A stretch of 64,000 nucleotides of DNA from Eledone cirrhosa (Eukaryota): positions 213,094,001-213,158,000 of the forward strand of contig OZ024742.1 of assembly GCA_964016885.1 (NCBI GenBank), in the 5' to 3' direction. The notes under the pieces are model-generated. The model made no database searches. It was not told the DNA's origin and saw nothing but the letters and a program-made list of their open reading frames with translations. Shown piece after piece: positions 13,961-28,521 of the stretch. The position numbers and the translations under genes were made by a program. The first letter of the stretch is position 1; every line of letters begins with the position of its first letter.

Positions 13961-14125
13961 GGTGGGATTTAGCATTACAACCCTTCGCTGACTGTTCGTG
14001 CTGTTACCATTGACCACTGCATACACAAGAAACGTCCCCGCAATTACAATTAAAGACAAATATACACACACGCTCTTAAGTAAAATTCTAATCATGAAAT
14101 GATCAATTAAACAATTTAGGTTTGG

Positions 14126-15130
<1,005 letters not shown>

Positions 15131-15179
15131 CATATGTATTTTTGTTTGCACATTGATTCACACAAATTTTAACCTGACA

Positions 15180-15390
15180 TATCTTCGTGATCTGCCTGAT
15201 TTACATATTAGCAGATCCACTGATCAGTCAGATATGCATTTCAGCAGATAGGCCAGTCAGTATACGAAGGATTAATGGCCGGCTTTGCCATATTCAAATG
15301 ACTAACAACTAGTTATTGCTCTACATAGCTGAACACAATAAATGTAATCTGGGTTTTACGAATATTAATAATAATATTCGATTCCTTTCC
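15180..15390 (-). repeat. Dispersed repeat D, diverged copy of 20720-20960
   Basis: Shares CTACATAGCTGAA.ACAATAAATGTAATCTG and CTGCTAATATG subrepeats. Confidence 0.65.
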
Positions 15391-15832
15391 AATTATGCAA
15401 ACAGCCTCTTTTTAAGCCATGTCAGTAGAATGGATCCGTCATTCTTGTTCTTGTATTGGCATGCAAACAGAATATTTTATATATATATATATATATATGT
15501 ATAAATATGTTTCTTCCTCTTCTTCTTCTCTTTTTTTCCCCCCCGTTAGACCTGTGCGAAATTCTTTCCTTGCTCACATTTCAACCAGGTTTGATGGTCT
15601 TTTGTCTCTTGTTCACGATTTCACCGAGTTTATATTCATAGAGATCTGGGACGTGTCTATTTCTTCTCACTTTCCGTTGCTTAAACCTTTTTGTTTGTTA
15701 CCCTGGCGTCCCCTTTGTTTACGTGTCCCAACGACTTTTTTTAGCCGTTGTTCGCACCAACCTGAGGCATATGGCCCTTAAAGCGATGAAATGCCTGGGA
15801 CGGTTGGAGGGCCACTGATGAAGGACTTACTT

Positions 15833-15910
<78 letters not shown>

Positions 15911-15911
15911 A

Positions 15912-15974
<63 letters not shown>

Positions 15975-15975
15975 A

Positions 15976-16065
<90 letters not shown>

Positions 16066-16072
<7 letters not shown>

Positions 16073-16330
16073 GTGAGGTTTTTTTTACAAAATGAAAAAT
16101 AACCGAGGTGTCCTACACGAGTGGAAGTATAAAGAAAAAGAGATGAAATCGAAAATGCAACTGAAGTCTTATTTTTTTAAAAATATATATATATTTATTT
16201 GGTTCCTTTACCGGTTTCGCAGTTCTTCTGCTTTTCAAAAGGTGAGTTGGAGGTAAAGGAACCAAATAAATATATATATTTAAAAAAAAAAAAGACTTCA
16301 GTTGCATTTTCGATTTCATCTCTTTTTCTT

Positions 16331-16333
<3 letters not shown>
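16066..16333 (-). mobile_element. PLE pLTR fold-back element, family C, copy 2
   Basis: Arms at about 16129-16213 and 16252-16333, with (TA)n on both sides. Confidence 0.8.
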
Positions 16334-16416
<83 letters not shown>

Positions 16417-16417
16417 A

Positions 16418-17628
16418 TTTTTCCATCCTGCTCTCAATTTCACCGCCTCCGTCTCCGATTCTTCTGTCGCTTTTCTAGATATCTCTCTATCTATTAATCA
16501 CTCTCACCACACCCTCTCTACTTCCATCTTCATTAAACCAACAGACTCCCAATCTTACCTCGACTTCACCTCCCATCCAACCCACACCAAACTCTCCATA
16601 CCCTATTCCCAATTCCTCCGTCTTCGTCGACTCTGTGGCCAGGACGACGATTTCGAAACCCATTCCCTTCGCATGGCTTCCTGCTGCTCTCATCCACGCC
16701 CGTGAAACAGACCGCACCACAGCCCTCTCAGCTCACCCCGCCCTCCCAACACCCGCGTTCCTTTCCCTCTCACCTACCACCCCATCACCCTACCACTCCT
16801 GCGACATATCCTCCGTTCCTTCCGTATACTCTCTTCTGACCCCGTTACTTCTCGCTTTTTTCCAAACCCACCCATTACCGCTTTTAAGCGCGCCTACAAC
16901 CTCCGCGACCTCCTGGTTCGCAGTTCCTTCTCGTCCTCTCCCACGACTCCACCCGGCTCTCATCCTTGTTCCGCTTCCCGCTACAACACTTGTCCCTTCA
17001 TTTCCACCCTCACCACCCTTACAGGCCCTAACGGGTCTTTCCGTATGCGTCACGCGTTCACCTGCACATCCACCCACGTTGTCTATGCCCTCCGGTGTTC
17101 CCTTTGCGAGTCTTTATATATCGGACAAACGGGACGCCGTATGGCAGACCGTTTTGCGGAGCATTTGTGGGACATACAACTCGGTTTGGATTCTCCTGTC
17201 GCCCGTCATTTCTGTTCTCCTTGTCATTCTTCCCTACATGTTTCAGTCCTGGGTGTCCTTTTACATCATGGATCACAGGCCTCGCGCATCAGGACTGAAC
17301 AAAGTCTGATTCACCGCCTTGGGTCCTATTCTCCTCCTGGACTCAACTCACCTCCCCAAATTCTCTAATACCCCGTCTATTATTACACCCCTAGATTCCT
17401 ATCGCTTTCTCTTGATCATTAATATCTTCTCTTACAACTAATACAGGCTGACTATATATGCTCACTCCACTTTTACCTTCACTGCTCTGTCACTCTTATA
17501 TTAACATACTTTTGCTCATAGCTTCATACTTACATGCATACACACTCTTTTACTCACATATGCACACACATTTCTTCTTAGCTTCGTATGGACGTATAAT
17601 AACACACACACACACACACACATACGCG

Positions 17629-17696
<68 letters not shown>

Positions 17697-18040
17697 CTTA
17701 CGCACGTGCACTAGTATAGCTCTTTTTACAAAACGGTTTTTTTTTCATTTCAGGTAGCCGCGTTCCATCATCCACTTTTCTAAAAAATAAATCATACACA
17801 AAACGCCAGCACCAACAGTTTTGCAAGAGATGTCAACATGAATGGACCTGTTATTTTTATCTAAAGACATTTTTTCCAATTCCAACCCACCTGTTCCCTC
17901 AATCTATCTTATTTCTCATTCTTTCTTCTGATGAAGGATTAGCGTCCGAAACGTTAAAACCCTCTTCCTGTTATATCAAGCGTTAACCTAATATATCCCT
18001 TCCATATACTGTACCGATTGTGTTGTTATTTCTGTTTACC

Positions 18041-18046
<6 letters not shown>
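16418..18046 (+). mobile_element. 5'-truncated Penelope-like element (Neptune-like)
   Basis: RT C-terminus ([27 protein letters not shown]) and GIY-YIG ORF 17045..17368 (VVYALRCSLC..LYIGQTGRRMADRFAEH). HHR in the 3' pLTR; ends at (CA)n. Confidence 0.9.
17924..17960 (+). ncRNA. Minimal hammerhead ribozyme
   Basis: CTGATGA-A-GGA/TTAGCG/TCC-GAAA-CGT-TA with palindromic AACGTT. Stem I is weak. Confidence 0.65.
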
Positions 18047-18132
<86 letters not shown>

Positions 18133-18135
<3 letters not shown>

Positions 18136-20510
18136 AACGTTTGGAGTTAGAATGCTAGAACAATGCAGTTATGGATATAGAATATGAATACAAATGCAAA
18201 AGCTATTGCTGACAATTAGTCTTTTACCTTAAATTTATTTGAATATCCTTAATTTTCGAGATAATATCTCTTCTTCGGAGGTCCCTGCTGGTGGCTTTTT
18301 ATAGAAGCAGGTGGGGATGTCGCCTTCCTCTGAGTTGGAAGTCCAATAGGGATAGGGATCCGCGGTCATCGGGGTATTCCATGCTGAACTTTATATTGGC
18401 GTCCATGCTGGAGAATGTCATGTATATTTTATCCGCTTCTTCACAGGATGATGTAAGCATGAGTATGTCATCTACATATCGGGTGAAGAAGGTATAGGAA
18501 TGCCAGGTGTCGAGGGCTCGGCATTCCAGCTGGTTCATATAAGTGATGGCCAGCTGGCCCGATAGGCTGGATCACATGGGTAATCCTGTTGTCTGTATGT
18601 GTGGTGGTGGAGGTGAAGTACGTGCTGTACACTGTGAAGGACAAAAGTTGGTGTATGTCCGTCGGATGGAGGCCGTAGCAGTGGACGTCTTCTGCGACCT
18701 CGCAGTCCGTCAATAAATCAACAGCTGGATAAGCGGCGACTGTAGTGTAGAGAGAGACATCGTCGAGGCCAAAGGCGTATCTATTTAATTTAAGTTGTTC
18801 TGACTGGAGTTGGTGTAGTCTACGTATGACCTCGTCGGAGCTACTGACATGCCCGGGAAAGGTGGAGAGTAGAGGCTTGAGGACCTGGGAGAGGAGCCAG
18901 GAGATTTTGTATAGGGGCCCTTCTATGCTAGAGACGATGGGTCTTATTTGTGTCTTAGTACTATTCTTGTGGGTCTTGATGAGGTTATAGAAAGTGGACA
19001 GTCTGCTATTTCTAATGGTGTAGTTGAACTTAAATTTATTTGGGAGTTGTCTTCTACTACGGATGTCGAACCAGATGGAGTTGGCCTGTTTTTCGATCTG
19101 GGCTGCAGTTATGTCCGGGACCAACAGTTCGTTGTCGCTTATGTGTTCAAAGGCTAGGTTGTTGTATGTGGCTTGAGAGGCGACACAAAACTCTTTACCT
19201 TTGTCGGATTGTAAAAAGCCGCCAGCAGAGACCTGTTCGTACATTTCAGATCAGCCTTCCCAGTCAGCGCTAAGTTCGGATACATAAGGAACGAACTAAC
19301 ACGTATCCAGAACAAATGCACCGATGCAAGAGACAGGGACATACACACCACACATTTCCTGGAAGTACTTAAACTGAACGGATACCCGACATCCACCGCG
19401 AACCGTGCCAGAAGCAACAGAGGACACCACACCCGAGGCACTAACACTTGCTCCCTGAAGCTCCCACACTTCAGTGACGAAACAACAACAGCCATCCGCA
19501 GAGCTATCAGACGAAAGGGACTAGATATCCAGCTAGCCTACTCAGGACCTTCTCTACGCAGACAGCTAACCAAAAGACACACCACCAGACATGACAGCCG
19601 CTGTCAGCTAGCCAACTGCCCCATCGACGACACAGACTTATGCCACCAGCCTTACATCGTATACAGATTAGAGTGCGACAAATGCAGCAATATCTACGTA
19701 GGTAGCACCACCAGACCACTTCACATTAGAATAAAAGAACACCTCAACACTAACGCTTCCTTATTTAAGAAACACCTACTGAAATGCAAAAACACCGACA
19801 AAAACATAATAGTTAGGATAGAAGCTAAGGAAAGAAACCTCGGCAATCTTAGAATTAAAGAAGCACTTATTATAGACAAAACACAAACCACCAATCAATA
19901 ACAGACTAGAATTCAACACCCAATTTTTAACATGATAGAGCACCTAGCCCCACACTTACACCTCCACGTACCATCTCACACATACATACGCACACACACA
20001 CATGCACGCTTACACCTTCACTTATTCCCTCTCACACACATACATACACACACATAGACCAGTTTTTTACATATAAACATATCCTCTCACACTCACACAC
20101 ACACACACACACACGCACACACACACACATGCTTACACATTCACGTATTCTCCCACACAGACTGAGACATACATGTCGAAACCCTTTTAAAGGGAGACAA
20201 CCCTTTATCCACCTAACCTTCACTCTTTGATATTAGAAATAGAATGGAATTTCTTTACTATTTCCTGTCAGCATGACTTGGCCAGCTAATTAGAACACTG
20301 GATTAACCCCTTTACTTCCCTCCGAAAAAGAGATATTATCTCGAAAATTAAGGATATTCAAATAAATTTAAGGTAAAAGACTAATTGTCAGCAATATCTT
20401 TTGCATGTGTATTTATATTCTATATCCATACCTGCATTGTTCTGGCCTTCTAACTCCAAACGTTTATACCTAACTACGCAATGCTTCAAGTAAACTACAA
20501 TTTCCTCCTA
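18133..20510 (+). mobile_element. Penelope-like element with inverted RT half and inverted pLTR
   Basis: RT (SDKG, IKTHK, IRPIVS, SLYT, RYVDD) is on - at 18282-19210. The thumb and GIY-YIG (IVYRLECDKCSNIYVGSTTRPLHIRIKEH) are on + at 19212-19930. 18133-18281 is the inverse of about 20319-20468. Confidence 0.88.
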
Positions 20511-20519
20511 TATATGATT

Positions 20520-20592
<73 letters not shown>

Positions 20593-20593
<1 letters not shown>

Positions 20594-20965
20594 AAAGAAA
20601 ATTTCGTTCTACGTGGCTGAATACAATAAATGTAATCTGAGTTTTTCGAATATTAATAATAACATTCGATTCGTTTGGAATTTTGGCTATAAAATTGAGG
20701 CTTGTTTGCAAAATTTCAAACGAATCGAATGTTATTATTAATATTCGAAAAACTCAGATTATATTTATTGTATTCAGCCATGTAGAGCGAAACTTCCTTT
20801 TTTATATGAATTTGGCAAAGCCTGCAAATTATCGCTCGTATACAGGAAACTGACTGGTCAGTCTGCTGATATGCAAATCTGGCTGATAAGTGGATCTGCT
20901 AATATGCAGATCTGACTGATCAGCCAGTCTGCTAATATGCAAATCAGGCCGATCAGTCACGGTGT
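20593..20965. repeat. Fold-back repeat D with ATGCAAAT-containing subrepeats
   Basis: Arms at about 20593-20683 and 20710-20803, followed by three CTGCT(G/A)ATATGCA(A/G)ATC subrepeats. Confidence 0.7.
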
Positions 20966-20980
20966 ATTTTTGAAAATATT

Positions 20981-20994
20981 TATATGTGTGCATG

Positions 20995-21044
<50 letters not shown>

Positions 21045-21581
21045 CTACTGTACGTCTGTATACATATATGTATGTACGTATACATACTTATATTTAAGTA
21101 ACAGCCGTACTAAGAGTGAGAAATGAAATTTCGTTTCATTTTTTCCGTTTATCGTTTTCGGTACCCCGGCCGATTAACTCACTCGATATGCAAATTAGGC
21201 TACTCAGCCGTTAATATGCATAAGGAAAGTATATACTTTCAGACGTTCAATCATCTGGCAGGAAGGTATACGGTACTGACGATAGCTAATAAGCTTGAAA
21301 CTAGTACAGCATTCCTTTGTCAGTGTTGAACAAATGAGCAACGATGGTTGCTAGACACTGTACGGCTTAATTCGGGATGTTTGTTTACAAACACACCGAG
21401 CATTATAATAAATGTTCGGTGAATCCATACGTACATATATATATATATGTGTGCATGTATGTATATATATACATACTACTGTACGTCTGTATACATATAT
21501 GTATGTACGTATACATACTTATATTTAAATACCAGCCGTACTAAGAGTGAGAAATGAAATTTCGTTTCATATTTTCCGTTT

Positions 21582-21586
<5 letters not shown>
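20981..21586 (+). mobile_element. Short non-coding element with ~150-bp terminal direct repeat and internal HHR (retrozyme/pLTR-like), family K
   Basis: 20981-21150 is repeated at 21441-21585. CTGACGA-T-AGCT/AATA/AGCT-T-GAAA-CTAG-TA at 21276-21306. Confidence 0.65.
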
Positions 21587-21637
<51 letters not shown>

Positions 21638-21683
21638 CAGTATATAGTGGTAGAACACTGGAAGGTAATATCCGTAGTGGATA

Positions 21684-21753
<70 letters not shown>

Positions 21754-22582
21754 TATATATATATATATACTTAAAAAAAGAAAAAAAGAAAGAGAAAGAA
21801 TGAGAAGGTGCAAATGAAAGAGAATAAGGAACGTATTCTCTTGGAACATGGAACTGGCCAAGGAAGATTAATGGAGGTTGGAGGAAGAAGAGGAAGAGTA
21901 TGTGATGACGAAGGGTATAAAGAGTAAGAAAGAAAGATGAGCTGAAAGGATAAAGAGATATAAGTAAACAGAAAATAAATGAAGAGATAGAAAGAAAGGA
22001 AGAAGGAATGCATGTTTAACATTAAAAGTGATTTCAATGACTGAAAATAATAGACTACTAATGAACAGGTCGTGTTCAGTAACCAGGTTACACATATATA
22101 CACATACACGCACGAACGCACGAAGACACGCGTTCACACATACACACACATAGACACATACACGTAAACACACACACAAACACTCTAACACTGACTTAAA
22201 CAAACACAAACACACGCATGCACATAAACACAGACACACAAGCACTCAAACACGGGCACACACACACACACACACATACACACACACATACCCATAAACA
22301 CAAGCGCATACAGATACACACATAAACACACACACACGCATACAAACTCATATGCGCACAAACACATAACCACCCACACATATATACATGTATGAAGAGA
22401 GAGAGAGAAAGAGAGAGAGAGATAGATAGATAGAGAGGGGGGGGGGAGTAAATAAGCAGGCACATACACAGGTAGACAAGGATGGAGGTTGATAGATATA
22501 TAGCTAGCTAGCTAGATAGACTGATAGGTAGATTTTCAAGTAGAAACTAGTAGTAATAGTAAGTAGCGATGAATTTGCAGTT

Positions 22583-22615
<33 letters not shown>

Positions 22616-22618
<3 letters not shown>

Positions 22619-22930
22619 GATATTAAACAAATGGAAACTATATTTATAAAACCATATTTATTTCGTTATCTTTTTAAATGGAAGTTGCATTATTCTAAGA
22701 TATGTCAAAATTATTTATAAAACAGCTTATATATTGTATTTTGTCTGAGGAAGGCATACGATATTTTTAATATGATATCCCAGAAATATATATAACGAAA
22801 TAAATATGGTTTTATAAATATAGTTTCCATTTGTTTAATATCGTAAACCTGCTCCAAAAACTGTTGAGTGCTTTTATATCAGTTATAAAATATTTACTCG
22901 TTGTAACCCAACAATTTTAAATAAAACTTT

Positions 22931-22934
<4 letters not shown>
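22616..22934 (+). mobile_element. Family A fold-back element copy 2, HHR at 22731-22807
   Basis: The 54-bp inverted arm 22616-22669 mirrors 22792-22845. Core CTGAGGA...GAAA-TATATA-TA. (TA)n flanks. Confidence 0.8.
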
Positions 22935-22968
<34 letters not shown>

Positions 22969-22973
<5 letters not shown>

Positions 22974-24240
22974 GATAACAAAATATCGTTATAGGTAATC
23001 CAATTTATAGGTAATCCAAGTTGTGAATACTTCTTATTATGGATAGTTTTAGCGCACGGCGTTGCTTGACTCAACAAGAGGTTTACGTAGATGACGAGTT
23101 TATGATTTCACTTGTATCCCTATGTAAGTTTATCTTGGAGTAATAAAATTGAAAAAGTGGAGAATAACATGGTCAACAGTACAAAAAAGAGGATTTATTT
23201 GCAATCTAACAATTGTTTCACTGATAGAGTTGTCTAAAAATTGCTGAACACTAAAAGTAGTGGCACTCTTTGATGTAATTTGAATTTGTAAATTTGCCGG
23301 TTACATATATATTTTTTTAACAGTTTCCGATGATCTAATAGAGTTAACATCGTGTTTAAAATTGAGTGGCACTACTTTTAGTGTTCAGCAATTTTTAGAC
23401 AACTCTATCAGTTAAACAATTGTTAGACTGTAAATAAATCTCCTTTTTTGTACTGTTGACCATGTTATTCTCCACTTTTTCAATTTTATTACTCCAAGAT
23501 AAACTTACTTAGGAATACAAGTGAAATCATAAACTCGTCATCTACGTAAACCTCTTGTTGAGTCAAGCAACGCCATACGCTAAAACTATCCATAATAAGA
23601 AGTATTCACAACGTCTAATTGGATTACCTATAACGATATTTTGTTATCCTTTACACCAAGCTCCCATTAGGTTGAGCAACCAATTTAACGCACGGCACTA
23701 ACATGGAAAAACACTAGATAGGAATGTCCTTAAAAAACATACCTATACTTTCAAATAAGGAATATATGCTCGGTATGATACAAAGAACTAATGACTTTAT
23801 TCGTAGAATCAGATGGAAAGCATATCATTACGATAAAGGGCATTATAATAGTGATAGAAATAATGGGTCTACCAGTGAAAAATATGGGTTTAGATCCTGC
23901 ACAAATCCACGAAGCAACCCACAACTTGATGCCTTTGAACTTTACCTCATGAACATGATAAAAGAAATTAAATTAAAAAAACGAACACATCATAACAAAC
24001 TGCAAAATAACATCAATGCACTACTAAAAAAGTTACGTAGCACCAACGGTATTATAGTAAAGGCAGACAAAACATCAAATGTATACACCATGAGCCTTAA
24101 TACATACAACAGCTTTATACGCCGGGAATTACATAAAAAATACAAGAAAACTACAGAATCTACACTCAATAGCATTAACAAGGAAGGTCTTAGCATAGTA
24201 AAAAAACTTAAAATATCCGATAGAAGAGAACCTCCAACCG
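22969..24240 (+). mobile_element. Naiad-like PLE: 300-bp fold-back pLTR running into the ORF N-terminus
   Basis: Arms at 22969-23268 and 23364-23653. ORF 23724..24275 reads MSLKNIP..FIRRIRWKA..VKADKTSNVY and is homologous to 38420 onward. Confidence 0.85.
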
Positions 24241-25081
24241 CTTGTATAGCTTTAGTTAAACTATATGGAAAATGACAACCTGTGATTTGTATGGTTGTTG
24301 TATATATATATATATATATAATATACTTGTGTTTGGAAAAGTGGAATGATAGGGAAATGAGCGTGTGTATATATATATGTGTGTATAAATGGGTAGATGG
24401 ATAAACTTATAAACACGTACATACGTACATCTATGCATACATGTATACACATACATTCTTACATAAATGCATACATAATTCTTACATGCATACAATCATT
24501 CACACATACATTCATACATACATACGTTCATACATACATACATACATATGCACATTCATACATAGATTCATACAATCATACATACATTCATACATGCATA
24601 CGTACATTCATACGCACACACGCATACACACGCGGACACACACATATAATGGACAAGGACCCCCCACCAAAAAAAAAAAAGAGAAAAAGACAAATACGGT
24701 AAATTTAAAGAGGATATTCGTTTAGTGTTCAGAGAAAAACAATCATTAAATGGTAAAGAGAAGAAGAAAATAATTATGAATAAAAAAAGAAACCTGGAAA
24801 ATGTGTATATTGTGGCTAATGCAGTTTGTATTTAGTTACTGAGTCAATGTATATAGATATATAGATTTCTTTATTTACCATAAAGGCATAAAAAAGAAGG
24901 GACAAATACAAAGGGGGAGTTTACATACAATCGAGTAAAAAGGGTATGAAATTAAAATAATCGAAAATAACCTTAAAAGGGAGGGGACGTGATGGGGGTT
25001 GCACACACCCCCGAAAAAGTGTGCAATCCTTTGCCCGGGGAGCACATGGAGAAGGTGCTCCCCTCTCCTTTACTTCTTTAC

Positions 25082-28000
25082 CTACAGGATGGTATACAGA
25101 GAAGGCCCATTTACACGAGCCATTCTCGCCACTATCACCCACCTTTCATAAAACTGCCTGTGGCCAAGCACCTCTCTCTCCATTCTTATCCTTCTTCCGA
25201 AGTGATATCGGAAGAAGTAGACCAGACTATGGCCAGAGAGGAAGTTGCCTGACTTCAGACCTTTCAATCGTGTCCACCAAACAACCTCTTTCAACATGGC
25301 TATTACGCACAGAAAAACCGCCTTTGCTTCCTTTGTGAAGAGGGGAGGCGGTTTGATTGTCATCACGGACTCGGCGGTCAATTGAATCGGCGCCACCCGC
25401 GATAGCAGTCGTTCGGCGTAGCCCCACAGATCAGCCACGCCCGGACATTGCACCAATGCGTGCGCAACGGTTTCTTCGTGACGCACGCATCTAGGGCAAA
25501 TCTTTTTTGAGGGATCCCTGCCCGGTCGCCCGTGTCTGTAGAGCCTCTCTCGAACGGGTAGAGCCCCTCGGTAGCACTGCCAGGCCAGTGACTTCTGGAA
25601 GTTGTCCATTGGTCCTGGGCCGAAAGTCCTACCGAACAGGCTGGCCAGTTCGTCTTCTTCCATGTCCAGCGACTCTCCAAGGGTGTCATCGCCCCTGCTA
25701 GCCACCAGCCCTCTATAGAATGATGAGGTGGATTCTCCACCGATGGCCTGGCCCGCTTGCCAGAGAGCCCTGAGCGCCTGAGCACACTCAGTGTGCCAGT
25801 CTCCCAGTTTTCCGGATCTTTGCTTGACCCAGGACTGTAGCTCGGTGAGCGAGACGAGTCTCGGAAAGGCTCGTTTCACGAACAGAGCCCACACCGGTTG
25901 ACCAGTGAGGAATACCTGTAGGTGCCGTAGCCTTAATGCGTGCCTACGCATCATCAACCACGGCATCCCCAGCCCTCCTTTCGAAGGTTGTTGGCAGCAG
26001 ATGGATCTTCTCACCATAGGAGGGCGCTTCTTCCAAAGAAATTGGAAGAGTATGCGTTCCATGGTGGTGAGTGTTTCCTTAGGGCAAGGCACGACAGTCA
26101 GGCGGTAGTAAGTGACGGACGCTATGTAAATGTTCGCAAACCTCCGCCCGGCCTTTTAGAGACAGCTTACACATGGCCCATTTCTGGGTTAGTGCAAACA
26201 CCTTGTTCGTAACCTCGTTCCAGTTCTTTTCCACCTGGAGGTCCGGTCCAAACCAGACCCCAAGCAACTTTACCGGGCCCTCCGTCCAGTGTCCGACGAC
26301 ACCGTCGGGAGGCATCGGTCTGCCTCTCCACGTTCCGAGTTGCAGCCCGATGGATTTTTCCCGGTTCAGTTTCGCTCCTGACAACCTTTCGTAATCCTCC
26401 AGTAAGGTACCGATCGCCTCGATCTCCGAGTCGGTCGATACCATTACTGTTACGTCATCGGCGTAGGCCGACACCGCTTTGCTCAATCCTGGTTCCAGGG
26501 GGATACCCTGCAACAACTCCAACTTCCTCAGTAAAGGCTCGAGAGTCAATACGTACAGAAGGGAGGAGAGAGGGCACCCCTGTCGAATGGATCGTGTGAT
26601 TTCGAACGGCTTCGAAAGGTAGCCGTTCACCTTGATCCTAGAACAGATGTGGTTGCTATGTAAGGCAGTGATCCAGCCTCTGAAAACAGGACCGAACCCA
26701 GCCGCCGTTAGCACCGCATCCAGGTAACCATGGTCGACCCCATCGAAGGCCTTAGACTGATCCAAGTTGATCAGGGCCCTACCGAAGCCGGGTTTGTTGC
26801 CAACACTCTCTATGATGTATCGCATGAGGTAGAGGTTATCGTGAATGGACCTGGATGGGATAGCACATGTCTGCGCATCTCCCACCAGGCCACCCACGAC
26901 AAGCGCCAACCTCTTTGCTAACACCTTCACCAAAATCTTTAACTCTGTGTTTAGCAGGGTTATGGGCCGAAAATTATTTATACTATCTCCCTTGTTCTCG
27001 TCCTTCCTCACCAGCGTGACTACGCCCTTGGCTACAGAACAAGGAATTCTCCCGTTCTGCTGCCAATTGCAGTAGACCGCTTCGAGGAGTTCGGAGAAGA
27101 AGACCGGCATTGCTAAATAAAGTTCGTAAGGTATACCATCGAGACCTGGAGATTTGCGTCTGCTGCATTGGCTCAGCGCATCTCCGATCTCATCAGCCGA
27201 GACTGGTCCCTCGCAGGACTCTGCCTCTTCGCTCGAGAGACGCGGCAGGCCGTCGAGGTATGGACCGAAATTCACGTCCCCGCCCGGACCCTCGCCTCCC
27301 CCGAACAATCGGGCAAAGTGCCTTTGAAAGGCCTCGCACATCTGCTTAGGCTCCCGGATAACCCGTCCATCTTCGTCTTGCAACGACCGGATGGTGGATC
27401 GATTTCCACTCTTAGCTTCTGTCACGCGGGCCCAGCCAACGGCTTTGGCCCCCTCATTACCTAGAGCACGTATTTTACTTCGAATGACGCAGCCTTCGTG
27501 CTTTGCATCGAAAAACTGGTTCAAGGCCGTCCTCGATGCCAGCACTCTGGCCACATCTTCGCTCTTGATTGCCTCTTCTAATTTACCTGTTAATTCTTTC
27601 TCGTTTCTATTCCTATCGGCAGCTAACATCTTGCTATAACTTATTGATTCTGTTTTAATCTCTCTTTTCAGAGATGCCCACCATCGGTTGTTGACGATTG
27701 CACCCCTCAACTTCTTCTTAACTAATCTGCTAATCCGGTTTCTGTAAGTCTCTTTTGCCGGTAAAGACAAATTAAGTTTCCAGTAACCGGGACCCTGTTT
27801 ATGTGTTTTCTCGAGATTGACTACGCAGGTCAGTAATTTGTGATCCGTGTAGCCAACCGTGCGCATTTCTGGACAGCTTAATATGTCCCTATCCTTACTT
27901 CTAACTAAGAATCTATCTAAGTACGATCTAGATTGACCACTGTGGTTTCTCCAAGTCCAGGTTGGCACAGTTGGAAAATCTAGTCGATATCTATCGACTA

Positions 28001-28521
28001 AGTTAAAACGGTCGAGTAAACCCTTGAGGCTGTTACACCCCCCTCTATTAGGACATGCTCCTGCATAGTCCCAACGTGCATCTAGGATGTCATTCCAATC
28101 CCCCGCTAGAAGCAGGGAACGCGACGTTCCCAGAAAAGTCTCTAAACGCTGGAAGAAGTCGGGCCGTTCAGCTCCGAAAGGGGAGTAGACGGCGACCAGT
28201 CTTAAGGCCGCACCTTCACTACTGCCAACGTCTAGCACCAACAAACGACCCCCCCGGGACCGAGTGCACAACCTGTACGGCAAGACCCAGGTGTTTTTGC
28301 AGCAGTACGACAACCCCACCCCCACCTCCAGGTTGACAGAGAGATGCATGCACCTCAAAGTCATCGAAGGTAGGGGCCAGCTGCCTCACGACGCTGATCT
28401 GAGTCTCACAGATAACCATTACATTTATACCACATGACCTGAGGTCATTTAGAAGCTTTGCTTGCTTTCAAGTCGAGCCCAGGCCACGTGCATTCAAACA
28501 TCCTACTCTTAACACATCCAT
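25082..28521 (-). pseudogene. Tx1 ORF2 (APE endonuclease, RT, Zn finger), few frameshifts
   Basis: Starts MDVLRVGCLNARGL. Contains ICETQ, AGDWN, SYLDRF, TDHK, RQGCPLS, AYADD and CPRC. Confidence 0.9.

Noticed and set aside
20263-20320. SECIS-like hairpin (ATGA...AA...) in a PLE 3' region
   Set aside because: There is no matching 3' GA of the quartet, and I saw no in-frame TGA at Cys positions in the GIY-YIG regions read.
23390-23428. HHR remnant in the Naiad-like pLTR (GAAA-CAATTG-TT in the mirror arm)
   Set aside because: The CUGANGA core is not recognisable in either arm, so it is not called as a ribozyme.
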